Source: Candidatus Obscuribacteraceae bacterium
GTDB lineage: Bacteria > Cyanobacteriota > Vampirovibrionia > Obscuribacterales > Obscuribacteraceae
Reading direction: 5' to 3'
DNA length: 64,000 nt
Assembly (NCBI GenBank): GCA_044229845.1
Contig: JBGASG010000009.1
Span: 96,001-160,000, forward strand
The number at the start of each line of letters is the position of its first letter. Position 1 is the first letter of the stretch. The position numbers and the translations under genes were made by a program. The notes beneath the pieces are model-generated. The model had not been told where the DNA came from. It saw nothing but the letters and a program-made list of their open reading frames with translations, and did no database searches. This document shows, one piece after another, positions 49,080-58,878 of this stretch.

Positions 49080-49780
49080 AAAACGGCGGCAGCAGCTATA
49101 TCTTGATTGTCGAAGACGAGCTGGTGATTGCCGGGATTCTGGCTGATTACTTGAAACAATCAGGTTTCCGCACCAAACATGTGGACAACGGCATCGATGC
49201 CGTCGATGCCGTCAAGAAAGAAGCGCCGGATCTGGTCCTATTAGATGTAATGCTGCCCGGAAAAGACGGACTGGAAGTCTGCCGTGAGATTCGTACTTTC
49301 TCGACTGTGCCTGTGATTATGGTAACCGCCAAAGTTGATGAGATCGACAAACTGCTAGGGCTGGAGCTCGGTGCCGATGATTACATCTGCAAGCCCTTCA
49401 GCCCGCGCGAAGTGGTGGCACGAGTGAAGGCTTCTTTTCGGCGCGCCAAGTACGCAGCCACCACCGACACCGGCAAGCGCCAGCTGATCGAGATAGATGA
49501 GCCGCGCGCGCGAATCACGGTAAGTGGGCACCGGCTCGACCTGACTCCCACAGAATATCGGCTTCTGAAACTGCTCGCCAGCAACCCGGGGAGAGTCTAC
49601 TCTCGCGCACAACTTCTTGATCTTTGCTACCAGCAAGAGCAACAAATATTCGATCGGGTAATCGACAGCCACGTTAAGAACGTGCGGCGCAAGCTGGCAA
49701 AGGTGCTGTCAGGACAGGACGTCATTCATGCTGTGTACGGTGTCGGCTATCGCTTCGAAATCGATAGCGGTCAGTCCTGA
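49073..49780 (+). CDS. OmpR-family response regulator (BaeR-like)
   Basis: VEDE, LDVMLPG, GADDYICKPFSPRE, RVIDSHVKNVRRK, VYGVGYRF. Confidence 0.93.
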   Translation: MVENGGSSYILIVEDELVIAGILADYLKQSGFRTKHVDNGIDAVDAVKKEAPDLVLLDVMLPGKDGLEVCREIRTFSTVPVIMVTAKVDEIDKLLGLELGADDYICKPFSPREVVARVKASFRRAKYAATTDTGKRQLIEIDEPRARITVSGHRLDLTPTEYRLLKLLASNPGRVYSRAQLLDLCYQQEQQIFDRVIDSHVKNVRRKLAKVLSGQDVIHAVYGVGYRFEIDSGQS

Positions 49781-49912
49781 AAGCAATGTTGGCGCGCTGC
49801 TAACTCGAGGCAAAGTAATTGCAAAGGCTGCGTAAGAGACGTCGATTGGGCGTTTTCGGGCTTTGCAAATTTCGCAAAGGTGACATTATGGAGGTGTCAG
49901 AGGAGCTGAGCG

Positions 49913-50821
49913 ATGAATCTCCGAAAGTCTCTACACGTTACCGCAATCATTCTCTCCTCTGTCATCTTTATAGGCGCGAGTCATGTTGCTGGTGCTGCCG
50001 GCGAGAGTTCAGTTCCCGCTGGAAAAGTAGCCGGCGGTTCCAGTAACAAAATTGCAGCTGACCTGATGCGTCTGAAAACATACAAAGATAGCGAGAAAGT
50101 GATAGCCGACCCGCAGGTCCAAAAGCTTCTGAAAGGCGTGATGGGCACTTCTCTCAATCAACTCCACAATCAGACGCAGGGCTATGAAGAGCCGCAAGTG
50201 ACCGGCAACGAAATGATTTTGCACGGTGGTGTTGCCGGTTTGTACGGACAGATGGAAGCCGTGGTTTCTCTGAATCTGGCGACGAGTGAAACATGTGTAG
50301 CCCTGCTCAACGCCGAAGATCTGACGATTTTCAGCAAAGTGTCTGATCGCACCATGCTTTCGGGTGGCGTTAAGAGTTTCATCAAAGATATGGAGGCGCA
50401 GGGCGCTCGCAAAATAACTTTCTCGAAGCCCACAACTAATCCGATTGCGCTGGAAACCGGCATTATCAAGACGGACAAAAATCTCAATGTCGCGATCGTC
50501 ACCGGCACTTTTCAGCGCCAGGGCACAGAGCGGTGGGCTGATTCGACTCTGAAACTACAGGCACTGCCCGGTGGAAAAATCAAATTCGAGCTGGAATCGG
50601 CTCAGGGAGCGAGAACCGGCGGTGTCAGCGGCACGGCTGCAATCAAGAGCGGAGTGGCAAAGTTTTATACAGATGGCGGTAGCACCATCACACTCAAAAT
50701 TAGTGGTGCCCAGGCCGATGTCTCAATTGACGATAAGGGTGATTATGGCGGCGTGGGCGTGACGCCTGAAGGGCACTATTTGAAGAAGTCGAGTGCCGTG
50801 CCCAAGTTTTCCGCACACTGA
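49913..50821 (+). CDS. Secreted hypothetical protein
   Basis: AGGAG RBS, signal peptide, 302-aa ORF. Confidence 0.7.
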   Translation: MNLRKSLHVTAIILSSVIFIGASHVAGAAGESSVPAGKVAGGSSNKIAADLMRLKTYKDSEKVIADPQVQKLLKGVMGTSLNQLHNQTQGYEEPQVTGNEMILHGGVAGLYGQMEAVVSLNLATSETCVALLNAEDLTIFSKVSDRTMLSGGVKSFIKDMEAQGARKITFSKPTTNPIALETGIIKTDKNLNVAIVTGTFQRQGTERWADSTLKLQALPGGKIKFELESAQGARTGGVSGTAAIKSGVAKFYTDGGSTITLKISGAQADVSIDDKGDYGGVGVTPEGHYLKKSSAVPKFSAH

Positions 50822-50857
50822 TCAGAGTCCGTCGGTATCTCCCCGGCGGATTTCTGT

Positions 50858-53800
50858 TTATTGCAGCTCGGCCATAGCCACGGCATAGGCGAGCGTGTTG
50901 CGATCACCGTGCTCTTTTACCCAGTCCAGTTGCGACTGCGCTTCGTCCTTCTCGCCGGTCAGCTTCGATTTGATGCCGATAAAAGTGTGCGCTTCCGTGA
51001 GGCGCGCAGCTCCCTTTGTGCTATTCAGCAGCTCTTCTGCTGAAATGTCTCCGGCTAGATACTTAGCTTCCGGCATCGGCCAGCCGGTTATTTGAATGCG
51101 ATACAGAGAATCGCGCAGCTTGAGCTTCGCTTCGCCTTCGTTCGATTCTTTCGCGCGAATCAGGTATTTCCAAATTTCTGCGTTCAGCTGATCGTTGCCG
51201 TCTTCGGCGTGCTCGACGTATTCATCCATGGCTTTCATCGCTTCGGCGGGATTGGATTCATAGAGCAGAGCTACGGCGCGCAGCAAGGGCGGATATGTCC
51301 AGTTGGGTGACGAAGCTTGAGCTTTTTCAGCCGCGCTGAGCGCTGTGCTGTAGTCGCCGTGCAGGAGACATATTTCGGCTTTCTTCGTCAGGAAATATCC
51401 TGGCTTTTTACTGTATTCAAGTCCGCGTTTGATTTGTTGCGCCGCTCTTTGATCGTCTTCCATCGCGATGTAGCACTCGGCGTTCTTCTGATAGGGTGCC
51501 GCCCAGGTCGGTAGCGCATGCTGTGCCATAACACAATATTCTTGTGCTTCTTTAGGCTTGCCTGCCTTCAGCAAAGCGTCAGCGGCTGCCAGAAGCGCCT
51601 TGGGATCGCTTTTGGTCATGCGCACATAATGCTCGTAGTCATCAGCTGCCCGTTCGTAATCCTCTTCCATCATGAACAAGTCGCCACGCAACTGGTACGC
51701 TCGCGGGAACTTAGCATCGAATGTCAGCGCAGCCGTCAAGTCTTGCATAGCATCTTCGGTGTTGCCGAGTTTTAGATAGACGTTGGCGCGAACAACATAG
51801 AAATTAGAGTTGGAAGGATCGAGTTCGATGGCATTTGAATAGTGATCGAGCGCCTCGTCGTAGTTGCCGAGCATGTGGTAACACAGACCCAGGTTTAGCT
51901 CGGCGTCGGCACTGGGTTTGTGCCGTTCTCTGATGTAAGCGTTGTAATCGGAAATCGCATTGGTCCAGCGTTTCAAGTCTGTGAGCGCGTAGGCGCGTGT
52001 GAAATATGCATTCACCAGAGTGCGGTCCAGCTCGAGCGCTCGTGTCGCATCGGCAACTGCCAGCTCTGGTTTGCCGAGCTGCGTGTAGATTTGTGCACGG
52101 TAAAGATAAGCGCGTCCATATTTCGGGTCGTGTCTGATGGCGGCATCGACGCCTTTGATCGCTTCGCCGAGTTTTTTCAATTTTCGCTTTGCGTACGCCC
52201 AGTCAGTCCAGGCTTTTGGATCGTTCAAGTCTTGTGCGCTTTCGATTACCTTGCTCGACTGTGTAAGCAGCTGGGCCGCAACGTCGTTGGTCAAGCGTTT
52301 CAGGCGCTCATCGCCTGGATGTGATTGTTCCAGATCGCCAAGGGCATCAAGCGCGTCCGCATATCGTCCTTTCTGTGCGGCAAGGCGCGCCCAATCAAGG
52401 CAGTAATCAACATCCTGAGTTCGATAACTGCGAGCCAGATCGTAGTATTTGAGGGCATTTTCAGTATCTTGCTGGCGCAGTGCGACGTCGCCGAGAATGT
52501 GATAAGCCTCGGCATTTTCTTTGTCGAGATTGATCGCCTTTTGTGCTTGCTCTTCGGCTCCGGCGTAGTCTTTTAGAATCAGCAAACAGCGCGCGTAATC
52601 AGAAAATATCTCAGGGTTGGGAGCCAGCCCAGCCGCTTGGGCGAGATGCTGTTTTGCTGCCTCGTTGTCTTTAATTTTCAGTTCAGCAAGTCCGCGCGTG
52701 TGTAAATACAACTCCCGCATCTTGTCGGAGCGAATTTCATCCTGTATTTGATCGAGCTCTTCGATCGCTTTGGACGCCTCTTGCCGCTCAACCAGGCAGC
52801 GCGCCATATATAACCTGGCTTCAACGTTTCCGGGAGCGAGTCGCTTGACGCGGTCGAAATCCTCTACCGCTTTGTCATAGGTGAGTTGCTCCATCTCGGC
52901 GCGTGCGCGCAAGAAGTATGCTTCCGAGTTGTTCGGATACTTGTCGATCACACGCGTGGATAATTCGATCGTGTCCCAATCATCCTCTTTCTTGGCGGCA
53001 TCTTTAGCTGCCAGCAAGAGGCGCTCTTCCTCGGATTTGGTTAAGCGGGTCAATCCCGTCAAGCCGGAGTTGACGTCGATCGTGGAGTGGTTCCATAACG
53101 GGATGGTCAGCGCTGCCACTCCGATCGCCACTGCCACCACCACACCGCCGACGATGGCAACGGTCTTCATAGGCGAACGTTGCGCCGGCTCATCAAGTGT
53201 CTCAGGATCTACTTGCGGGAGGTCCTGCGTATTAACAGCGGAGTTCTGCTCGGTTGGTGCCCGGTCTTCGCCTTCTTCTTCGTCATCGTCGTAGTAATCA
53301 TCCAGATAGATGCGTCTTCCCGAGCTGCGGCGTTTTGCGAAGTCGTCGTCGCTCGAGGCGGGCACCGGCAAGTTCTTTGATTCGAAAATCGGCTTCGGAC
53401 CGCTGGCTGACGGTGAATCAATGGACATGCGCGTCGAGTCTTGCGGCTCCGGCTCTGCACTGGCGCTGCCGCCCGAGACGAACGGCTTCAGCGGCCGGCC
53501 TGGCTGGCTGACGGCCCGGGTAGAGTCTTGCGGTGGTTCTTCATCGGTGGACGCCGGTAAAACTGACGGTGCTACGGATTTTCTCTGGTCGCCGGTAGAG
53601 ATTGCCGCCCGCGTGGAATCTTGCGGCGGTTCGGCGGTGGTTTCGTCCGGCACTGCCGCCGGTGCTGCGTCGTGCACTGTATCTGGTGCTAGTGGTGGAT
53701 CGACCTCCGGCAGATTGTGATTGCTGGCGCCTGGCGGCATCGCCCCTGGTGGTATAGCACCGAGCGGCACGGCACCGGGGGGCAGCCCGCCGTTTGGTAT

Positions 53801-54325
53801 CGCATCTGGTGATAACGGGGTCAACGGTATGGCACCGGGAGGCAGCTCCGGTACGATGGCACCCGGCGATAAGCCAGGTTGAATCGCTTGTGGATTTTGA
53901 CTGGGGTCACCCTGATACGGCATCAACACCCAGCCATGCGTCGGGACCCAGACTGGAATTCCGTACCCGGGAGCGATTTGACCGCCCTGACCCTGAATCG
54001 CCTGCCACTGACTGATTTGTTCTGGGACCGACGGGCCCTGCTCTGACGTGTAGGGATAGGGCGGCGGACCTAAGCCGGACGGGTATCCTTTTAAAGCTTC
54101 TTCGTCCACCGGTTGCGCGTCGGCGCTTTCCTGCGCTTCGGCGCTTTCTTTCGTGTCGGTGGCTTCCGGCGTGACGGCATCTTTGGCGGCTCCCTTCTTC
54201 TTTGAGCCTTTGCGCCCTCTTGAAGACTTTAGATCACCAGCGCCGGAGCCGGATTTGGAATCCTCGCTCCGGTTGGATTGGCTGGAATCGTTGCCAGTGC
54301 CCTGTTTTGGGTCTTCGTCATCCAT
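50858..54325 (-). CDS. Single-pass membrane protein: disordered Pro-rich N-terminus, TPR-rich C-terminus
   Basis: TM segment VAIVGGVVVAVAIGVAALTI; many TPR repeats; NlpI-like C-terminal end. Confidence 0.88.
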   Translation of the reverse strand: MDDEDPKQGTGNDSSQSNRSEDSKSGSGAGDLKSSRGRKGSKKKGAAKDAVTPEATDTKESAEAQESADAQPVDEEALKGYPSGLGPPPYPYTSEQGPSVPEQISQWQAIQGQGGQIAPGYGIPVWVPTHGWVLMPYQGDPSQNPQAIQPGLSPGAIVPELPPGAIPLTPLSPDAIPNGGLPPGAVPLGAIPPGAMPPGASNHNLPEVDPPLAPDTVHDAAPAAVPDETTAEPPQDSTRAAISTGDQRKSVAPSVLPASTDEEPPQDSTRAVSQPGRPLKPFVSGGSASAEPEPQDSTRMSIDSPSASGPKPIFESKNLPVPASSDDDFAKRRSSGRRIYLDDYYDDDEEEGEDRAPTEQNSAVNTQDLPQVDPETLDEPAQRSPMKTVAIVGGVVVAVAIGVAALTIPLWNHSTIDVNSGLTGLTRLTKSEEERLLLAAKDAAKKEDDWDTIELSTRVIDKYPNNSEAYFLRARAEMEQLTYDKAVEDFDRVKRLAPGNVEARLYMARCLVERQEASKAIEELDQIQDEIRSDKMRELYLHTRGLAELKIKDNEAAKQHLAQAAGLAPNPEIFSDYARCLLILKDYAGAEEQAQKAINLDKENAEAYHILGDVALRQQDTENALKYYDLARSYRTQDVDYCLDWARLAAQKGRYADALDALGDLEQSHPGDERLKRLTNDVAAQLLTQSSKVIESAQDLNDPKAWTDWAYAKRKLKKLGEAIKGVDAAIRHDPKYGRAYLYRAQIYTQLGKPELAVADATRALELDRTLVNAYFTRAYALTDLKRWTNAISDYNAYIRERHKPSADAELNLGLCYHMLGNYDEALDHYSNAIELDPSNSNFYVVRANVYLKLGNTEDAMQDLTAALTFDAKFPRAYQLRGDLFMMEEDYERAADDYEHYVRMTKSDPKALLAAADALLKAGKPKEAQEYCVMAQHALPTWAAPYQKNAECYIAMEDDQRAAQQIKRGLEYSKKPGYFLTKKAEICLLHGDYSTALSAAEKAQASSPNWTYPPLLRAVALLYESNPAEAMKAMDEYVEHAEDGNDQLNAEIWKYLIRAKESNEGEAKLKLRDSLYRIQITGWPMPEAKYLAGDISAEELLNSTKGAARLTEAHTFIGIKSKLTGEKDEAQSQLDWVKEHGDRNTLAYAVAMAELQ

Positions 54326-54400
54326 TGGCGACTACCGCATGGTTCGGTCTTCATTGTCTCATAAGGGTGACTGGCGTAACGACTTGGGATTTCACCCGAC

Positions 54401-55222
54401 TCATTTTGCCGGTGGTGTCGGCTCCAGCAATTTGGCATCCACCAGAATTCTTTCCGTAATGTCCCGGGCGCGACGTCCCCAGGCATTGTCTTTGCTCTTG
54501 ATATTGGTGGCAAACACATAGGGATGTCCATCGTGCACGACGTAGCCGACAAACCAGCCGAGCACTCGCTTGCCGTCTTTTGCATCGGTGCCGGTCTTGC
54601 CGGCGAACACCGTATCTGGTGTCTCCTTCAGTTTGATCAATGTCTTGACTGTGTCCTGCGACGAAGTTGAAAATGGCAGCTTGTCGAAATAGAGCTTTTT
54701 GAGAAACTCCACCTGCTCGTCCGCTGAAATCTTCAATGAAGAATCAAGCCAGAATGTGGTCAGTCCTCCCGATAAATCGCGATTGCCGTAGTCAACGTCG
54801 TCGATGTACTTTTGCATGCGCGGCATACCGACGTCACGGGCCACGTTTTGAAAATACCAGACGACCGAATCAGTGACGGCAGATTGCAATGTCTGGTCTT
54901 TGTTCCAATTGTCCATGGGGCGTCGTTTGCCGTCCCACTTCATCTTATGATCGGCGCCGGTCAGTACTCCCGAGTCCAAACCGGCCAGTGAGTTGAATAT
55001 CTTGAAAGTAGAACAGGGCGAAATCTGCTCGGCACAACGCTTCTTGTTGTAGCGAATGGTGTGTCCTGATTCCAGGTCTACAAATACAAAAGCACCGTCG
55101 TAACCGGTGAAGTATTTCGGCAGACTCTCAGTCTTTACCGATGTCTCTGTTTCTAAGTCTTTAGCATAAGATGGAGACGTCAATACAAGGGCAGCGACAA
55201 GCGGTAACAGCTGTTTCATCAT
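54401..55222 (-). CDS. Class D beta-lactamase (OXA/BlaR-like)
   Basis: PCSTFKI, SVV, YGN, FWLDSSLKIS, KTG, GWFVG. Confidence 0.92.
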   Translation of the reverse strand: MMKQLLPLVAALVLTSPSYAKDLETETSVKTESLPKYFTGYDGAFVFVDLESGHTIRYNKKRCAEQISPCSTFKIFNSLAGLDSGVLTGADHKMKWDGKRRPMDNWNKDQTLQSAVTDSVVWYFQNVARDVGMPRMQKYIDDVDYGNRDLSGGLTTFWLDSSLKISADEQVEFLKKLYFDKLPFSTSSQDTVKTLIKLKETPDTVFAGKTGTDAKDGKRVLGWFVGYVVHDGHPYVFATNIKSKDNAWGRRARDITERILVDAKLLEPTPPAK

Positions 55223-55409
55223 GGTACGTTCCTTTGCCCTGGGGAGATAGGAACAATGTACAGGGTCAGTGTTAAATGCAATGTCGAATGTGAAGGTCTA
55301 ACCAGCTTCTAACCCGCAGCCAACAAATCTCCTCCCAGAGCGCGGTGGTGCACCGGGCACCAGATATGATGCCCGGCGCTAGGGCACCGCGTTCGCTTCA
55401 GTACACGGC

Positions 55410-55464
55410 ATGTTAGCGGCAAGCTGTGAATCGGGTGTGTAGAAAGTGTGGAGTTTGTGTGGAG
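55410..55464 (-). promoter_or_regulatory. Four 11-bp-period direct repeats plus putative -10 element
   Basis: CTCCACACAAA CTCCACACTTT CTACACACCCG ATTCACA ... TAACAT on the minus strand. Confidence 0.55.
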
Positions 55465-55564
55465 TCGGGCACGTACTTTCCACCTTGTTTCGTGCTACTC
55501 GAACACTATGATCGAGTCCGAGGTAAGCGGTGCACGCAACATCTCTTTGGGAGCGTAAACCGAA

Positions 55565-56263
55565 ATGCAAATAATGATCAATCACCTGTCTCGCCTGCGA
55601 GGCAATAAGATAGCGGTGGCCGGGCTGGATCTTGCCAATCCCGGTCGCCATGTCCGACCCATGCTCAATGATTTCGATGCTCTGCTGGAGTCTAAGACCA
55701 ACGGTTCATCAGTGTTTTCGCTCGGTGCGATTGTCAATTTGACAGGCACTTCTGCGTCCAAAGCCTCTCACCACGGAGACGAGCACGTGATCACGTATGT
55801 GAGAGCAAAGAAGGTTGCTCAGTTGCATCCGATCGACTTCTGGCGCACACTGGGTGATATTGCCAGACCGACATTGCGTTCGATCTTCGGCGACGATGTG
55901 CAACTGCTCTCCCATCGTTACGTGATCGAACGGTTTCGGGCGCGCAGCGGCTTTGGCTGTTTGCGCATCATGCATACCGCAACCTTATATAAGGGATACC
56001 GGTATGCCCGCTTGCGCTGGCTCTCTGATGGACGCATCATCGATTGCCCGGTCACCGATGCACGCCTCTATGATCGTTCTGGCGCGGTGCGCGACAACTT
56101 GATCGCGCATCTCAACGAGCGCATCAAGCGCGGAGAGGCGTTGATTGTCGCTGTCGGGTTGTCGCGCGGATTTAGACGACCTGGCGGGCGCAGAGAGTTG
56201 CACTGGATTCAAATAAACAACCTCTATCTAGAGACAGACCCGCTCGGTGACGAGTGGGCGTGA
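55565..56263 (+). CDS. Dual OB-fold-like protein, paralog of 58879..59592
   Basis: INHL.R..VAG..H.RP, E-H, D.RLY, VGLSR, Q.NN.Y..DPLGD motifs. Confidence 0.65.
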   Translation: MQIMINHLSRLRGNKIAVAGLDLANPGRHVRPMLNDFDALLESKTNGSSVFSLGAIVNLTGTSASKASHHGDEHVITYVRAKKVAQLHPIDFWRTLGDIARPTLRSIFGDDVQLLSHRYVIERFRARSGFGCLRIMHTATLYKGYRYARLRWLSDGRIIDCPVTDARLYDRSGAVRDNLIAHLNERIKRGEALIVAVGLSRGFRRPGGRRELHWIQINNLYLETDPLGDEWA

Positions 56264-56345
56264 TATCAAGGATGGTCTGATCGCTCCGTGTCGCGCAGGG
56301 GCGGCACGGCTGCGAGGCCGCTTCGGGTCGAGTATACTGTCACCT

Positions 56346-57281
56346 ATGAAAAGGCTGCTTGTTTTGATTCCGGTACTGTGTGTGGTGCTGAGCGCTTGTA
56401 ACGGCGGCACCGAGACTCCTTATGAAAAGCTTTCTGCGCAGGGTGTTGCCCAGTTCAACGAGCGCAAATACGCCGAAGCAGAAGCGTCATTTCAGCAGGC
56501 GTTGAGAGAGGCTGAGAAGGAACAGAATCAGATTCTCATCAATAAAACATTGATGAATCTCTCCAACGCTTACGATCGCATGGGCAAGTCCAGCGAATCA
56601 ATCGACTATGCCGACCGAGCGATCAAGGCTGGTGAAAAGGCTTACAAGCCCGGCGATGCTGAGTTGCTCAAGCAAATGCAGTTTGTGTCGAGCTTGTACT
56701 TGAAAGACGCGCGGTACGCTGACGCACAGGCAATGCTGGAGCGCATTATTGCGCAAGGCGATAAAACGTTGACTCCAATTGGACTGGCGAGCATTCGCAG
56801 CAATCTGGCGCTTATGTATCGCTCACAGGGACGAATGAAAGACGCTGAGCGTATCAATCGGCAGGCGCTGGAAGCCTTCAAACAAGAACTGGGAGATGAA
56901 GACTTCCATACTGCCGCCGCGCTGATAAATCTGGGCGGCAACAACATAGATAATGGCAATCTTCCGGAGGCGCGACTGAACACTGAAAAAGGACTGTCCA
57001 TTCTGGAGAAAACTTTTGGCAACGAGCATCTGCATCCCTCCACGGCCCGTGCGCAGCTGGCTTTGATTCAATGGAAGTCTGGCAACAAAGCCGAAGCGGA
57101 GAAGATATATAAGGAAGCTCTTCCTGCCTTGCAGAAAGTCAACGAAAAGTACGCCAACACCAAACTGGGCACGCAGTATCCGCCGACTATGGAAGAATAT
57201 GCCAGGCAGTGGCAGGAAAAGTACGACGCCGCCGTCAAAACAGCCGGAGCATCCGCTCACTCAGCTCAGTCAGCTCACTAG
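56346..57281 (+). CDS. TPR lipoprotein (kinesin-light-chain-like repeats)
   Basis: Lipobox LSAC; NLALMYRSQGR..AE repeats. Confidence 0.85.
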   Translation: MKRLLVLIPVLCVVLSACNGGTETPYEKLSAQGVAQFNERKYAEAEASFQQALREAEKEQNQILINKTLMNLSNAYDRMGKSSESIDYADRAIKAGEKAYKPGDAELLKQMQFVSSLYLKDARYADAQAMLERIIAQGDKTLTPIGLASIRSNLALMYRSQGRMKDAERINRQALEAFKQELGDEDFHTAAALINLGGNNIDNGNLPEARLNTEKGLSILEKTFGNEHLHPSTARAQLALIQWKSGNKAEAEKIYKEALPALQKVNEKYANTKLGTQYPPTMEEYARQWQEKYDAAVKTAGASAHSAQSAH

Positions 57282-57287
57282 TTTGTC

Positions 57288-58355
57288 TTAATTTGATGGG
57301 TGCCACTGGCGAATGGCTGTTCCGCCTGCCACCATCGAATGAATTGCTCCTTCAAAGAACATATAAGGATGTGCATTCGCAGGCTTGCTGAGCGCGTTCA
57401 GGCGCTTCACCGCCTCCTCAGGCAATTGGATTTCCAGTGCCGCCAGATTGTCTTCCAGTTGTTTGATCTTGGTGGCACCGATCAAGGTCGAAGTGACGCC
57501 GGGTTGGTTGTACACCCACGACAATGCCACCTGCGCGGCCGAGCATCCCAGTTCTTTAGCTATCTTTTGCGCTTCTTCGAGGATCGCCCAGTTTTTCGGC
57601 GTGAACTTATCCCATACCGGATTGTCGCTCTCTTTAGTCATTGAGAGCCGCCCTTCGGATGCGCCATTGCCTTCCTTCTTGTATTTTCCGGAGAGGAATC
57701 CGGAGGCGAGCGGGCTCCATGGACAGATGCCGACGCCAAATTCTCGAGCGGCCGGAACGTGCTCGCGTTCGATGGTGCGCTCGACCAACGAATATTCCAG
57801 TTGCATGGCCGCCACCGGCTCTAAAAGACGCAGACTGGCAAGTGTCTGCCACTTAGCCAGGTACCAGGCGGGCACGTCAGACAAACCGACATGGCGCACT
57901 TTGCCCTCGCGCACCAGATCGTTCAGTGTCAGCAAAACCTCTTCCAGTGGTGTCACCGTATCCCAGGCGTGCAACCAGTAGAGATCTATGTAATCGGTGC
58001 CCAGGCGTTTTAGAGAGCCCTCCAGCGCACGATAGATGTTTTTGCGGCCGTTGCCGCCGGCGTTGGGATTACCTGGTTCGGCGCTGAAGGTGAATTTGGT
58101 GGCCAGCACCACTTTATCGCGCAGCTTTTCGCGATTGATGAACTTGCCGCACATCTCTTCACTGGTGCCGTTGGTATAACCGTCGGCGGTGTCGATAAAG
58201 TTACCGCCCAGCTCGATGTATTTGTCGAAGATGGCTTTGGCTGTTTCTTCTTTGCTACCCCAGCCCCATTCTTCTCCGAAGGTCATGGTTCCCAGGCACA
58301 CCGGGCTTACCTTGAGACCGGAACGTCCCAGTGTCGTGAAGTCTGTCAGTCGCAT
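57288..58355 (-). CDS. Aldo/keto reductase
   Basis: LGTMTFG, FIDTADGY, SLKRLGTDYIDLYWLH, WSPLASG. Confidence 0.94.
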   Translation of the reverse strand: MRLTDFTTLGRSGLKVSPVCLGTMTFGEEWGWGSKEETAKAIFDKYIELGGNFIDTADGYTNGTSEEMCGKFINREKLRDKVVLATKFTFSAEPGNPNAGGNGRKNIYRALEGSLKRLGTDYIDLYWLHAWDTVTPLEEVLLTLNDLVREGKVRHVGLSDVPAWYLAKWQTLASLRLLEPVAAMQLEYSLVERTIEREHVPAAREFGVGICPWSPLASGFLSGKYKKEGNGASEGRLSMTKESDNPVWDKFTPKNWAILEEAQKIAKELGCSAAQVALSWVYNQPGVTSTLIGATKIKQLEDNLAALEIQLPEEAVKRLNALSKPANAHPYMFFEGAIHSMVAGGTAIRQWHPSN

Positions 58356-58418
58356 ACGAAGTCCCCTCGCTAACCGCGGCGACAGTATATCCGCTCGACA
58401 TCGAAATGGTGCTGTCGC

Positions 58419-58853
58419 CTATACGTGGATAATTTCGACGCCTTCCCAGTGCCGGCGCAGATATTCAGCCACCAGTGAGCGGTGACAGTGCTGAGGCTCG
58501 CGTTCGCTACAAAGAATCACGGAGCGCTCGGGAAACAGGGTTTGCGGCAGGCGTTTTTCCACCTCGCGCCTGGACAGAAGGTCTAGAAACAACAACGAGT
58601 AGACCTGCCAATCTTTGTTTCTCTGATAGTCTGACAGCATCTCCGCGGTCGGCGCCAGGAGCGGCTCGTGAATGTATTCCATGCCGCAGATGCGGCGCAA
58701 AAAATAGTTCAGATCCATTTTTTTGGTGAAACCTGAAAGTTGCGATGTGTTGTTCAAGCGCACATCGATGAGTCGAGAGGCACCGGTATTATTCAGCGTC
58801 TCGAAGAAGTCTTCCGCCGACCGCTTCGTAAATCCGATTGTGTAAATCTGCAT
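58419..58853 (-). CDS. DUF488 family protein
   Basis: IYTIGF, LIDVR, LCSEREPQHCHR. Confidence 0.9.
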   Translation of the reverse strand: MQIYTIGFTKRSAEDFFETLNNTGASRLIDVRLNNTSQLSGFTKKMDLNYFLRRICGMEYIHEPLLAPTAEMLSDYQRNKDWQVYSLLFLDLLSRREVEKRLPQTLFPERSVILCSEREPQHCHRSLVAEYLRRHWEGVEIIHV

Positions 58854-58878
58854 AGTTCATTCCTGCCCTGTCGTTATT

